A stretch of DNA of 64,000 bases, from assembly GCA_951406725.2 (NCBI GenBank), contig OX597817.1:75516001-75580000 (forward strand), read 5' to 3'. Source of the DNA: Octopus vulgaris (taxonomy: Eukaryota). A program made the translations under genes and the position numbers. The notes under the pieces were generated by a model. That model was given only the letters and a program-made list of their open reading frames with translations. It was not told where the DNA came from and did not search any database. Shown in pieces: positions 37,544-51,659 of this stretch; position 1 is the first letter of the stretch, and every line of letters starts with the position of its first letter.

Positions 37544-39919
37544 CAGTGTTTCCCAACCTTTTTTCCCGGCGCCCCACTTTTTCATAGCAAAAGTTTTTAC
37601 GCCCCACCTTTTCCCATGTCCACTCACATTTACAAGTACATGTGGGCCTACTTACAATTGAAAAAAAATCAAAAATTAAAAAATTGTATTCAAAATACAA
37701 AAAAATAGTTTGAGAATTGAAACAACAGGCACTGAAAGTGCATAACACCCAATAAATCGATAAAATTATTACGATTTCTCATGTTTTTAAAAAAATGTCA
37801 ATTTATAAAGAATAAAGAAACACGTTTTTTCAGTTCAATTATTTGACGGTCAGCTCGACTAATTTAGTGAGAACCCTGTGCCTGATGCATACAGCACAAG
37901 TTTTTAATTTGAGGAGACAACATTGTTAATTTCAGTCGTAAATCGCCACGTTTTGTAATCTCAAGCCGGTTTCTCTTGGCTTCGAGCAAATTATCAACTG
38001 CACTAAAACCACATTCGACCAAATAAGACGAAGGGAAAGGAATCAGTAGCTCTCTCGCTGATGTAGAAATTTTAGGATATTTTCTTTCAACCTCGTCATA
38101 TAGCCACATCTTTGTACCTTTCAATTTAAACAAAGTCTTCACTGATTCATCATGTTGTAATTCTGATAACTCTTCTTGGTATTGGATTGTAGCATCAGAA
38201 ACGTTAATCAGAAGCAGTTGAGTTAACCAAGAAGGAAAATTAATTGCCTTTAAATCGCAAAATCTGTCATTGAAATCCTTTATCAAGATATTTAAATGAT
38301 CAATAATTACAATGCCAGCATCATTCGTTATTTCACATTTACTCAACCAGTAAAGTTCACTGAAATTTCTTTTGGAAAATTTCTTTTTCCATAATTCGAG
38401 AGCTGTAATAAATCCAAAAATCTTTGCTTTTGCATCAATAAGTGTCATGTTTGCACCTTGAAGTTGTTTATTCAAGTTTCCAAGTTTCTCAAATATGTCT
38501 GTCAAATAACTGACAAATGCTTTTCCATCCGTTGTTGACAGCAATTTCATTTCACATTTATCACTAAGAAAGTCGTTAATCTGATCAAATAATTCCATGA
38601 ACCTCTTTAAGCAGTTTCCACTTGATAGCCATCTTACTTCTGTATGAAGCAATAATCGAACATGTTCGGCACTTTGATTTATACAAAACTGCTTAAAAAG
38701 ACGTTCAGATTTAGAATTTCTTTTAATGCTGTTGACACACTTGATCACACTTTGAAGAATCTTGTTAAGAACAGGGGACAATTTCTTGGCAACCAAGTTT
38801 TCTCGGTGTATTACACAATGGACAGTCAACATGTTTGGATTTTCATCCTTCATCATTTTTAAGCATCCCGTATTCTTGCCCATCATGGCAGGTGCACCGT
38901 CTGCCGCACATGCCAGTAAGTTTTCCTTTGGTATTTTGTTTGCATCCAAATAATGTTTGATTTTGATGTAAATATCATTTGCAGTTGTGGTGGTTTCAAA
39001 CGATTCGCAGAACAGCATCTCTTCCTGAAACTCCTCGTGGTCAATATACCTCACATAAGTCAATAACAGAGCCTCACTGTCCCGGATTGTGGATTCGTCC
39101 ATTTGTAATGAAAACTTACGCAATTTTAATTTCTCAATGAGCTGGCTTTCAACATCTTGCCCCATTTCATCTATTCTGTTCGAGACAGTGTTATTACTGA
39201 GTGGCATAGTCCTGATATCTCCATCATCTTTTTGTAATACAGTTTTTAAGAATATTGAGATAGCAGGTTTAATCAGTTGCTCTCCAATAGTGTGATTCTT
39301 TCCATGTTTTGCTATAAGCAAGGAGATTTCGTAGCTGGCTTCAAGGGCACGAGTATGAGGCGCTTGTTTTGCATGAAATAGTGAAGTGAGTTTTGTTCGG
39401 TTTTTAAATTTTTCTTTCAATGATTTGAAGTATTCCAAATCTAAATTAGAATTATTAGGATGTCTTACCTTTAAGTGCGCTTCCAGCCTACCTGCCTTCA
39501 TTGACTCATTGCTCATCGTCTGATTACATAATAAGCAAAACGGTTTACGCTCATCATGCTCATCAGGAATGAATCCAAACTTCAAAAACTCCACCGCATA
39601 TTGACGAGTCTTCTTCTTGTTTGGTTTGCTCATTTTCAATAGGGCTAACAAAAGACTAATTGAGGCAAACTAATTGAGGCAATTGATTGGCTTATCTGAA
39701 TAGTAAGTTTATTGCTCAGTGCGGGATCTTCTTTGTCTCGCTGGGGTGCGAGAGTTTCCGATGTGGAGGCTTCAAAGGAAAGACGGAATCTAAGGTTGTG
39801 CCCGCGATGACCGCTCGTCATGTACAAATATTTTCACAGCCCACGTCTATGCCCCGCGCCCCACCTGAATTTTCTCAGGCCCCACCAGTGAGGCGTACGC
39901 CCCACCTTGGGAATCACTG
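37544..39919 (-). mobile_element. Complete hAT transposon, Buster/Charlie family (2376 bp)
   Basis: TIRs CAGTGTTTCCCAA and TTGGGAATCACTG (12/13 match); 8-bp TSD ATATATAC at 37536-37543 and 39920-39927 with the central TA typical of Buster. Confidence 0.95.
37864..39633 (-). CDS. hAT/Buster transposase (ZBED5/TcBuster-like), 589 aa from the first ATG
   Basis: Uninterrupted ORF with BED finger (CLLC..HLKVRH), SLQMDES (D), AADGAPAM (D), HCVIHRE (CxxH), TEVRWLS, SSYLVECGFS (E) and a Buster-type QAQGSH end. Confidence 0.93.
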   Translation of the reverse strand: MSKPNKKKTRQYAVEFLKFGFIPDEHDERKPFCLLCNQTMSNESMKAGRLEAHLKVRHPNNSNLDLEYFKSLKEKFKNRTKLTSLFHAKQAPHTRALEASYEISLLIAKHGKNHTIGEQLIKPAISIFLKTVLQKDDGDIRTMPLSNNTVSNRIDEMGQDVESQLIEKLKLRKFSLQMDESTIRDSEALLLTYVRYIDHEEFQEEMLFCESFETTTTANDIYIKIKHYLDANKIPKENLLACAADGAPAMMGKNTGCLKMMKDENPNMLTVHCVIHRENLVAKKLSPVLNKILQSVIKCVNSIKRNSKSERLFKQFCINQSAEHVRLLLHTEVRWLSSGNCLKRFMELFDQINDFLSDKCEMKLLSTTDGKAFVSYLTDIFEKLGNLNKQLQGANMTLIDAKAKIFGFITALELWKKKFSKRNFSELYWLSKCEITNDAGIVIIDHLNILIKDFNDRFCDLKAINFPSWLTQLLLINVSDATIQYQEELSELQHDESVKTLFKLKGTKMWLYDEVERKYPKISTSARELLIPFPSSYLVECGFSAVDNLLEAKRNRLEITKRGDLRLKLTMLSPQIKNLCCMHQAQGSH

Positions 39920-40499
39920 ATATATACATATATACTTACATATGTATATATTGTAGTGTATATATTACACACACACACACGCACACACATATATATATAT
40001 ATATATACATAGATTATATATATGTATAACTATATATACATATATATACATTATAATATATATATATATTATAATGTATATATACATCTTAATGTTATAT
40101 GTTGTATAAATGCATATGATATATGTATATATATACATGTCTATATACACATATGTATATAATATATATATGTGATATATACATGCATATATATATACAT
40201 ATATGTATATATATATATACGTATATGTATGTATACATTTATATATACATACATGTATCTATATATACATATATATATACCTATATGTATATATATATAC
40301 ACACACATACATGATTACACACACACAAACATATTATTTTGTTACAATCAAACTATATGACGATTCAACTAGGAACCGAAATCACCGACATAATTTATGA
40401 TAAGCACCATTTTATTGGTCGCAAGGCAATTGACTATTTGAATATGGAAAAATGCACGGACAAAATCATGAGGAATTACTGGATCAGTTTAAAACTCGT

Positions 40500-41172
40500 T
40501 TTGGGATTTCATCAGCAACTGCTGACTGTCCTCTTTAAATATCCAAGGATCACTGCTTATAAAGCCTCTGTTACTAATTTCTTCAACAGATAATGTGTTG
40601 TTGCTGTAGTCTTTATGGTGACAGAAGTTTCAACCTTGCTCCCAAAACCAAGTTAGTATCTACCATTGAGGAGCGAAATCATGTTGTAGAATAATATCAT
40701 TTGGAACTCGGCTTGACGTATTTTCACGCACAAAGTTTATGGGGAGTAATTTTTTCTTCGAAGAAAAATCCTGCAACGAATGTACTTCACGTTCTAGCGC
40801 GCAGGAATGTTCTTAAATTGAACCAATCCTTTGAAGTTCAAATTGATAACCTAATTGAAAAGCACCAACTGCAATGTATCCATTAAATTGCTTCTTCATT
40901 TCTTGTAAATAAGAATGTAAATATACTTTTCTTCCATTTCTAGATGTTTTTTTTTTATAGCAAGTTACATAAAGAAGATATTATAACACTGATGTATTTA
41001 TTTAACGATTGTGATTGTATCCGCACATGAAGCTGGCATGTGGAAACAATTACTACTTTATGGGGTTTATATTCCAGAAGAGGGTCAAATATCTGGTTTA
41101 GAGGTCAGTTAGCTTGGGATTTTTCGATCATAAAACGTGGGCCCGAAGGTGAAAAAGGTTGAGAATCACTAG
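40500..41172. mobile_element. Possible old hAT relic
   Basis: AAAGGTTGAGAATCACT at 41155-41171 resembles a hAT/Charlie TIR; the coding remnant is weak and the left boundary is a guess. Confidence 0.3.
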
Positions 41173-41337
41173 TTTATAATATCATTGCTTTGATTTTAAC
41201 TGCTTCGTGTGCTTATATTAAAAATCTCTCTTTCTCTGCATACGTACATACATACATACATACATACATACATACATACATACATACATACATACATACA
41301 TACATACATACATACATACATAATAAATATACATATA

Positions 41338-41392
<55 letters not shown>

Positions 41393-41657
41393 ACCCCACA
41401 CACATATATAAGATCCAGGGATCGAGATGTAGGAAGAAAGTTAGTTTCAAGTAATTCGTAGTAAATATAAAAAAAAAAACTTTCAGGGACAATAATGGCT
41501 CATTGTAGCCCGGATTTGATCTATTTCATTCCTTAACACTTGCGTGTATATATATGCAAATAAAGTTTACATAAATACACGTATATGTACACATACATTT
41601 GCACACACACACAAACACACAAACACACACACACACAAACACACACATACACACACA

Positions 41658-41698
<41 letters not shown>

Positions 41699-42119
41699 AT
41701 ATATATATATATACATACACATACATATCTACACAAACGTACATGCATATCCACAAACACATATATAAAAGTATTGAAGAAATAGAAAAGAGCGTACTGA
41801 ATACACAGGAAGTAGATTTATTTATATTATATTTCTCGCGAGCTGGAAGTTTCACAAAACGTTACTTTGTAGTTTTCGTTACTAATAGTCGGACAATAAT
41901 GGAAAAAAATCACTATATACAAAATAAACTATAGTGGAAAATCTATTCTATACCTCAGTCTCTAAATATACTATTTAAAAGGATTTCCAGAGATGGAAAT
42001 TCTTCCAATCGAAATATCATAATAATAGTAAAAACCATAATAATAATCATCATCATAACAAAAACAACAGCAACTACAACAACAACATCAACACCAACAG
42101 CAGCAGCAACAAGAATCAT

Positions 42120-42450
42120 AACATATATTCCTATATATTTGAACAAATGGATAGAGGAAATAGGTATAAAACCTAGTTTAGTGCAGTTCCAGAAAACAGT
42201 GTTATTAGGGACTGTTAGGATACTTTGGGGGGTTCTTTGCATCTAAGGTTACTTGTAGCCTGATGGTATGAATTTTTTCCAACAGTCTAATCTGTTGTGC
42301 GTTTTCTTAAACATTCTCTAGAACAATATTTTGTGCAAGGCCAAATATATGGAACCCTAGTCAACTTGAACTTCTAACTTGTTGTCTCTTGTGATCTCTA
42401 GGTGAGACTTGGAATCAATTTGTAGAAATACAAAGCAAACGCCTAAACAT
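42120..42450 (+). mobile_element. Two stacked R4/Dong-type 3' ends
   Basis: QFQKTVLLGTVRILWGVLCI* plus UTR, then a UTR matching 45815-45966; followed by (ACA)n. Confidence 0.7.
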
Positions 42451-42630
<180 letters not shown>

Positions 42631-42639
42631 TTAATAATA

Positions 42640-45600
42640 AGTCATTCGCACTTAACATCGCAGAGGAAGGATAGAACAGATAGTGTAATTCTGTATGCGA
42701 CTGTCCATGTTAACAGTGTAGTGAATTGGTGCCACCCTTGCTCTGCGTAGGTTGGTGTAATAGCTGCGTCTGTAGGAGGTCTGCAGCAAGTAACAAAGGG
42801 TGAACTTGGCGTCCCAAAGCTTTGACCGGAAACCAAGTGAGAGCTGGTGTTGTATTTAGGGTCATCCTTTACATGAAAATTTGAAATAAACACACCCGGG
42901 GAGAAAACCTTGTAAAAAATCATTCTTATTCTTGGCAATGATAACAATTTCAAACTCAAATAACGGCATGAAGGGGAAGATTATCCTGGATGTCCAAGAC
43001 ACCAGATCTCCCGCGCCTGGCAGGGACCCCCCAGAGGGCAATGGAGTGGGAGATCAGACTTCACCCAGTCGTAGTTCTTTTACTGGTCAAAATATGCAAC
43101 ATGCTCACAAATGCAAGTGGTCTGTTGATATGAACAAGAAAAAAAAAAGGCAATCCTGTGCCATGAATAAGCCTTGCTAGACAAGAACAATGGCAAATGT
43201 AAAGCTGTCGGGAAAAAAAATCATTTTTGGAACCAGCTGGGTGTCATCAAGATTACAGAAAATGGGCTCATGAATCAGATAAAAATAATTCGGGATAGAA
43301 GCTTTCTTAATGAGGCCATGATTCAGACAATAAGGAAAAGCATCTGTAGTGGTGATAACCTCGAGGAGAATATGTAGGTGAAGATCAGCAAATGCGTAGG
43401 CAAGGTGAAATTGTAGTAGATAGAGGCCGGCAAATCAATATAATGTAGAAAACCCTGTATTACGAGAGGATATAACTGAGGAATATAGAAACCTCAAGAT
43501 AAGAGTCGAGTATATAATAGTTACAAGAACAGAGATCAAGCTGGTGAATTTAAAAAGCTTCGACCGTAACAATGTGAAACGCGTGACCCAAAAATTTGGT
43601 TAGATTCTGAAATACATTCTGACAAAAAATATAACGGAAACAAGGGACTTGATCAGATCTACTTCAATTTTAGTAGGTGAAGTGGTTGGAAAGAAAGAGA
43701 GGAAAGCAGATGGACAGAGGTACCCATGCTGGAAGTGGATAACTGAAAGCAATATTAAAACTTTGCGTAAAGATCTGAGTCGCATAGAAGAATGGCTAAA
43801 GGACAATGGAAAATGCTAAAAAAGATTCAAGGGGATATCTTGATGCAAAATACCAAATAGAAAAGAAAGGGTTCAAAACTGTTATGGAAACCCTAAGACA
43901 ACGTGTGCGGGCAAAAATATTAAAGGTGCAACACTACACTAATCCAAAATCGCAGTTCCAGTGAAACGGGTTATGCTCAAATAACCAGAGGCAGTTTTTT
44001 AAGAGCTTAAGAGATACAAAAGATAATATACCTCCAGAAGCAGAGTAAAACCCGTCAATTATGGAATAACATTTGGGGGCAAGAAGTTTCTCACAACCAC
44101 AGGGCTGAGTGGATTCATTTCGTGAGATCCGAACTCCATCACGCGGAGGCTCCACGACAGGATCATGTGCGCATAACAACGGAAGATGTCATTGCACAGG
44201 TATCAAAGCTGCCAAACTGGAAAACAGGACTAGACAAAATTCAACGCTACTGACCCCACTGGGTTAGGTCAATACACAAGCGAATTGCGTTGCAAATCAG
44301 ACAATTGCCTACAGAGTGGTGCAGTTCCGGATGGGATTGTAGAGGGGAAAGACAACATTGTTGATGAAAGATTTGTCAAAGGGCAATGAAGTTGGCATTA
44401 CCGACCTATTGCTTATCTTAACCTCCTATGGAAAGTGTTAACAGGCATACGCACAGGGAAAATATATACATTCCTTGCAGAAAACAATATACTTCCAGTA
44501 GAACAAAAGGGATGCCGAAAAAGATCCTATAGTACCAAGGAACACCTTGTGATAGACAACGTTGTAATGAAGAACTAAACGGTACTAAGAAATCCTGTGC
44601 ATGGCCTGGATGTTGCCGCATTCGTGGATTAGCTCAACGTGAGTGGATTAGCTAGGAACGTGTGTGCACTGATTAAGAACAACATGCCTAGTTGGAAAAC
44701 ACGTCTTTCTGTAACAGCCAGCAATTAGCCGAGGTAACAATACCTTTGTTATTTGTTATAGCCTTGAATCTACTTTCTGTAGTTCTACGCAAAGTCAACG
44801 CGCACTATGAACTGATAAAGAATGGACCTCATCTCAACCACCTTTTCTTCATGGATGATTTAAAACTGATCGCAAAAACAGAGCCTGAAATGGAGAGGCT
44901 GGTTGAGACTGTGCAGATGTGCAGCAAGGATATAGGGATTGAATTCGGTATCTCGAATGTGCGGTGCTCACTTTGAAACAGGGGAAGAGAGCAGACTGTA
45001 GGGGCCTAGAATTGCCAAGCGGAGAGAGAATGGAAGACTCGGATGATGGTGGGTACAAGTACCTTGGGATTCTGGAGATGGACAATATCTTCCACAGAGA
45101 AATGAAAGACAATTTCATCACTGCATATTTGAAGCCCTTCAAACATCTCTTGAAATCAAAACTCAACTTGTGACTGCCATCAACATATGGACTGTTGCTG
45201 TAGTCTGCTATAGTGCACCCATCCTGAAATGGACGCAAGCGGAGATTACGTCATGTATGTAAACAACAAAATGAAACCATTGATCATGTCTCTATGTGCA
45301 GTCCTCTTGCGCCTACAGAGTATCTCAACAGGCATGATAGAACAGCACAGTATATTTACTGGGTATTTTGCAAAGACTTGAACCTGTCCCATGATAAAAA
45401 TTGGTGGGAACACAAACCACCCCCAGTGCTTGAAAATGATCACATTTCACTCCTCTGAACCTTCACCGTTCAAACTGAGAGGAAGATAGGTGCGAATAGG
45501 CCAGACATTATATTGAAAGACTTCAGACTAAAATCATGCCTCCTCATTGATATGACTGTTCCAATCGACATAAATGTATCAGTCAAGACCTACCAAAAAT

Positions 45601-45964
45601 TTAGCAAATATAAAGATCTTGAAATAGAAATTGGCAAAATGTGGAACCTGTTGTCATAAGTGCCCTAGGAATGATAGCAAAAGGGGCTGATTCCTACCTA
45701 GCTCATACCAGGAAACTCCAAAATGGCAGAAATTCAAAAGATAGTGCTCATGGGAGCTGCCCATATCCCACGTAAAATACTGTAATCTCAATTTTTCAAA
45801 CAAACTAATGTTTTCTTAAGCATTCTCTAGAACAATACTATGTGCAAAACCAAATATGTGACACCCTAGGTATAATACCAACTTGAACTTCTAACTTGTT
45901 GTCTCTTGCGGTCTCTGGGTGAGACTTGGAGTCAACTAGTACAAATACAAAGCAAAAGTCAAAC

Positions 45965-45966
<2 letters not shown>
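42640..45966 (+). mobile_element. Near-full-length decayed R4/Dong-type retrotransposon, with internal deletions and possibly chimeric at ~45245
   Basis: KWSVDMN, KLPNWK..GLDKIQ, YRPIA, EQKGCRK, HLNHLFFMDDLKL, GIEFGIS, YKYLGILE, ETIDHV, TEYLNRHD, NRPDIILKD, IDMTVP, KYKDLEIEI; the UTR ends in (TAA)n at 45967. Confidence 0.88.
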
Positions 45967-46028
<62 letters not shown>

Positions 46029-46185
46029 CAAAAACAATCTGACTCAATACAATAGTGGCAAGAGTTTACACTCCCTTAAAAACGACAAAAAAATGAACAT
46101 ATAATCATACAATGCTGCACACATGCCAGTAACACGGAAGTGTAGCAGGTGATGTAGCAGAAATTTGCTTGAAACTGCCAAATGT

Positions 46186-46252
<67 letters not shown>

Positions 46253-46696
46253 TGATGATGATGATGATAATTTCTTTTATTTGCTACCAGATGCGCATAA
46301 AAAGATGCGGGGAAAGTGTACTTTTATAAAAAAGACAACAAAAAACTATTGAATTATTGAAAACATGTGATTAAGTACACATGAGATTTAAATGAAATAA
46401 GATATAAATGCATATGCATGCAAAATGCGATAGCACGTTAGTACAAATCGCTCTATTTACGTAGCGTATACAACGGAATCAACCAGTTGAAAGAGTAAAG
46501 AACATTGCGTGCAGGAAAAGAAAATCGAATCAAAAATACTAAATATGGATGCGGTTAAACAAAAACTATTATATTTTAACAATACGTATTCTTGCAAGCA
46601 TGCACGCGATTAAAATATAAGCAAAATATATTAAATACATAAATATATATTCTTGTAAACGCGATACAATAATACATGCATACACACAGACCCATA

Positions 46697-46756
<60 letters not shown>

Positions 46757-46764
46757 TAATAATA

Positions 46765-46968
46765 ATATTAGGGAATAAATCCAAACTTACAGGGAAAAAT
46801 TAGATTTAGGATATAACCAATTTTATTGTATAAATATATTATATTATATTATATTAAATTAGAGATAAAACCACTATTAGGCAGATCAAACAGTGAAAAA
46901 TATAAGCCAATACATAAAATAAATGATCTACCTAATAGTGGTTTTATCTCTAATTTAATATAATATAT
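46765..46968 (-). mobile_element. (TA)n-flanked fold-back-plus-tail element, same family as 60188-60420
   Basis: ATTAAATTAGAGATAAAACCACTATTAGG is inverted at 46931-46960; the tail TTAGGGAATAAATCCAAA.TTACAGGGAAAAA is the reverse complement of 60381-60412. Confidence 0.75.
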
Positions 46969-47082
46969 ATCTATATCTATATATATATACGTTTAAATAT
47001 TTGTTGTGCATATATATATCTATATCTATATATCTATCTATCTATATATATATATATATATATATATATCTATATATCTATA

Positions 47083-47118
<36 letters not shown>

Positions 47119-47135
47119 TATAGATATATATATGC

Positions 47136-47166
<31 letters not shown>

Positions 47167-47736
47167 TGTATGTATGTATGTATGTATGTATGTGTGTATG
47201 TATGTATGTGTGTGAGGGCGCATGATTTACCGTACTCATGATTCAGCGAATCGCGATATCAATTTCTAGACCGGAAGGTGCATTGTGTTTTTGAACAAAT
47301 CACTTAATCTCATGTTACTGTTTATGCATATAATAAATGAGAGACACAAAGGTATTCCTGAAGCAAATCCAGTGGCACTAATTGTTGGTGACATCAGGTA
47401 GCTGAAGATAGTGAGCATGCTTTAAATGGAGGGGATATTTCGAGTACTGAATGTAAAAAGCTACAAAACGAATATCTCTAACGGTATGCAAGAAAGCCAA
47501 TGTTTGAAGCCAGTTTGCTCGAATCGATCGTTTAATCCAGCTTATAATGGCCTATTAAGAGTATTTTTGCTGGAAGTAGAAAGTTCAACTGTTCAGTTCT
47601 GTCTAGAAGAAGAGAGTGATTAGGTTTTCGCTAGCAACGGCAGATAATAGAGCTTTGATCGAGATCGAATGCTGAATAATGAGAACTTGTCTTTCTCAAA
47701 ACAATGTATTTTGACAAAACAGTTGCAAATTTCCTC

Positions 47737-47778
<42 letters not shown>

Positions 47779-47805
47779 GTGCGCGCGTGCACGCGAATAA
47801 TACAA

Positions 47806-48010
47806 TACAAGGACATGCTGAAAAGTTCCTTGCTTTGGGTGAAAGAAAATACCGGAGAATCAGTTCATTATAATTCTATTCAGCACATTTCGCTCACTGA
47901 TTCACCCACTTTCCGTTCTTCATAGCCCCGTAAAAGAACTCGGAAGGTTGGGCCTCCAACTAGGCCTCCGTGATACCCTTAAAACCAAGGACTTTCAGCA
48001 CCTACTTTTA
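47806..48010. mobile_element. Mariner-type MITE (~200 bp)
   Basis: TGCTGAAAAGTTCCTTGCTTT versus AAAACCAAGGACTTTCAGCA inverted ends. Confidence 0.65.
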
Positions 48011-48592
48011 TAAAGGATTAAGATTTGCGTAGGTTGACAGGCACAACAAAAGACATAAAAAAATGGAGAGTATCACCTACAGAAATTGAAATTGAATTGC
48101 GTATCTATCTCACTGTGATAAAATGTAACTCGGATGATTGGCAAAGACTCACTACTAATACGATATCACTACAAGTCTACACTCGGACTGTTTTCTTGTT
48201 CCTGAGACTTCTACTTGAAACCATAACAGCCTGTGCCTCTCTGAAGCTAGAATTTAATTACACCCACCTGCTAAGCCTAATTAGTGTATCTGTTTCTAGC
48301 TTTCTAATCATCCATACTCTATCTCATCTTGAAAAATATTTCCCGTCTCACAAACATTTTCTCAGTCATTTTTACATTTTACAAACCTTTGTAATTTCTT
48401 TAATGTCAACGATTTTCAGTGAAATTTGTAGCTCAAAATAAACTCCATCGAACTCATTAGTCTAGGAGGATTTAATATTGTACCAAGTGCTCCGTTCTTA
48501 AAAGAAGAAAAAATATCATGCATCTGTTTACAAGCTTTGGATAACTATATATAAAAATAGCTGTAGGAAAAAGTGAGATAAAACGGATCAAG

Positions 48593-48648
<56 letters not shown>

Positions 48649-48884
48649 TGGAATGAATAAGAAAAAAGCAGATGAAACAAATTCCTCTGAGCTAACATCA
48701 CAAGTGCGACAAATTTTAATGAAACACCTACTGAAATTTATGAATTTTTATTAAATGGGAAAAAAATTAAACGCTGCTTTTCATGACGGAAATAATTCGA
48801 TAATGTTACTAATAATTGCGATAAACTAATTTAAATATTTTAATTTTAATAGATATGCTCAGCGTCGTTGCGGAAACAGAATGA

Positions 48885-48988
<104 letters not shown>

Positions 48989-50275
48989 TTAGATAACTTT
49001 GACAAAATCATTAATATTACTTTAGGAAATATTAGGATAATTAATGAATTATTTCCATTAAACGTACATAAATTGAAATTCGATGGTAAAAAATGAGAAA
49101 ATAAATATCTCTCTTGAAAATTAATAACAAACAAGTTGTCAATGAAATGAGGACGGTGGACGGCTGCTTTTTATGATATAGCTTTACCTAAATTGTGCAC
49201 TCGAGCTGAAACTCTCGAGATCAAGAAATTTCAAGTTATCCAGTTTCAATTAGCTCTGATTGACTAATTCAGTAAAAATTTAATTACTTTGAAAATTTAA
49301 TATCAATTTTTCTTGCATACATAACTGGAAGGAATTTCAGTTTCTTTGCGCTTAGCGGTAAATCATTTTCTTTTCAATTTTCACATTATCTGCTTCCAAT
49401 TTGGAAGCAAGATAAAAAATATTGGTGAATGTTTTTCAAGTGAGACACTCGAATATAAAATAGTATGAGACATTTCTCGGGTATTGTTTTTCATGAGCTA
49501 AAATTAAAATCATCATTAATACCTTTTCTGTATTAACCATCACGCAAATAAACCCCCTTGAATAAGAAATTATAATCGCTTGAGTCGGTCCCGTTAGATG
49601 TTATTTTGCTTGTTTTACCTAAGAAAGAATAATTAGAGAAGTTCAGTGAAGTGGATTTGAAACATTTTCAAAATATAGCTCCCGCAGTAAAACGTTAGGA
49701 AAAGGATTCGAAGCGAATTGGAGAGAAGATTAGATGTCATCGAAATATTTGAATAAAACTGAGGTATTACACTATGTTTACTTATTTTACTAGTTTGGAT
49801 ATTATTTTATTGGAAATAATCATTTTGGTGTCACAGTTTTAATTTGAAATTTATCAAAAATTTGATAATGTAATGAAGCAATTACAATTTATCAAGACAT
49901 TTTTTATTTTGTTTTATGAAAATTATCTTGTTTATTATGCAAACTTTCTTAAGGCAAACAAGACAAAATCAGTCATATATGATGTCTAAAATCATCCAAA
50001 GCAAAAATTGCTACTGCAATACAAAAAATATCAACGGAATACTGTTTTTAACTTTCCAGCTTAGTTTATAAATAACGAAAGCTACTGCATTTTTCCCGTC
50101 GATTAACCAGTATTTTAAGATCAAAACATTTTAAGTAGAAATGTGACTTTTAAAACATTAAAATTTTCTGCTGTAAATTGTCTAAAATATTGTTAGAAAT
50201 CGCAAACAGATCCCCTTCAACTTACGGCCTACCGTCTTAAAAAATTAAGATCACATTAGATAATGTGGTTCATAT

Positions 50276-50645
50276 GGCACTCCGTCGGTTGCGACGACGA
50301 GTGTTCCAGTTGATTCGATCAACGGAACAACCTGCTCGTGGAATTAACGCGCAAGTGGCTGAACACTCCACAGACACGTGTACCCTTAACGTAGTTCTCG
50401 GGGAGATTCAGCGTAGCACTGAGTGTGACAAGGCTGGCCCTTTGAAATACAGGTACAACAGAAACAGGAAGAAAGAGTGAGAGAAAGTTGCGGTGAAAGA
50501 GTACAGCACCACCCCCTGCCGGAGCCTCGTGGAGCTTTAGGTGTTTTCGCCCAATAAACACTCGCAACGCCCGGTCTGGGAATCGAAACCGCGATCCTAA
50601 GACCGCGAGTCCCCTGCACTTACCACTGGGCCATTGCGCCTCCAC
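50276..50645 (-). mobile_element. tRNA-derived SINE
   Basis: Reverse complement GGAGGCGCAATGGCCCAGTGGTAAG..GGTTTCGATTCCCAG; 3' part recurs at 22275-22470 and 28610-28770. Confidence 0.8.
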
Positions 50646-50894
50646 TGATGTGGTTCTACACACATTAGAAATATATAATCGAATGGTTAAGACGCTCACT
50701 TCGCATTAGGTCGTAGGTTCAATCCTACTACATGACATGTAGGGTAAGTATCTTTACAATAGCACTGGCTCGTCTCAAGCCTTGGGAGTGGAATCGGGGA
50801 GGACGGAATCTGCATGAAAGCTTCTCGGAAGGATTATTGTAATTGTAACTCAAAACTAAAAAATCAAGCCTTGTCACATAGTATTACACACTGT

Positions 50895-51043
50895 TGGCTG
50901 TGTGGTAAGAAGTTTGCTTCCAACCACATGGGTACGGGTTTAGTCCCATTGCGTGGCACCTTCGCGAAATATTTTCATCTATAGTCTCGGGTCAATCAAA
51001 GTTTTGTAAGTAAATTTATTTGAGGGAAACTAAAAGAAGCCCG

Positions 51044-51046
<3 letters not shown>
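50895..51046 (+). mobile_element. SINE family C head ending at (TA)n
   Basis: TGGCTGTGTGGTAAG..GCGTGGCACCTT..AAAGAAGCCCGTC; inverse copy at 60705-60870. Confidence 0.7.
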
Positions 51047-51088
<42 letters not shown>

Positions 51089-51363
51089 TGTGTGTGTGTG
51101 ATTTGTGTATACATGTATGTCACAATTACATATATTTGCATATAATCAGTCTATTTGTGCATATCCTATGATACACACACGCACATACACATGTGCAGTA
51201 CATTTTTATGCAAGCTTCGCTAATCAAAAACCTTTCGCAAACATTATTACTTGCAGCTCTTTAAAAAGACATAAATATTATAATGATACTAGAGCATCAC
51301 TCATCATATGACAGGTAACTTTGGAAGTATACCTTAGCTACTATGAGCAATATAAGAAGATAT

Positions 51364-51401
<38 letters not shown>

Positions 51402-51659
51402 ATCCAAACAAGAAAACACAGAAAAAAAGAGAAAAAAAACGCGAGGACGTGGAACAATTATACAATAGTTATAGTTTAACATGCATCAACTTTCTTGGTG
51501 CCTATGGAAAATGATGAAATGGATACTAATTTTGAAAAGAAAAATATTTATTACTCTATCATTAAACCTCTTAACTCCTTCTCCCTTGTCTCTATGATTT
51601 TAATTAACAAACATTTATCTAACAAACATTTATATTGGCTGTTATTGAAAATGACATGA

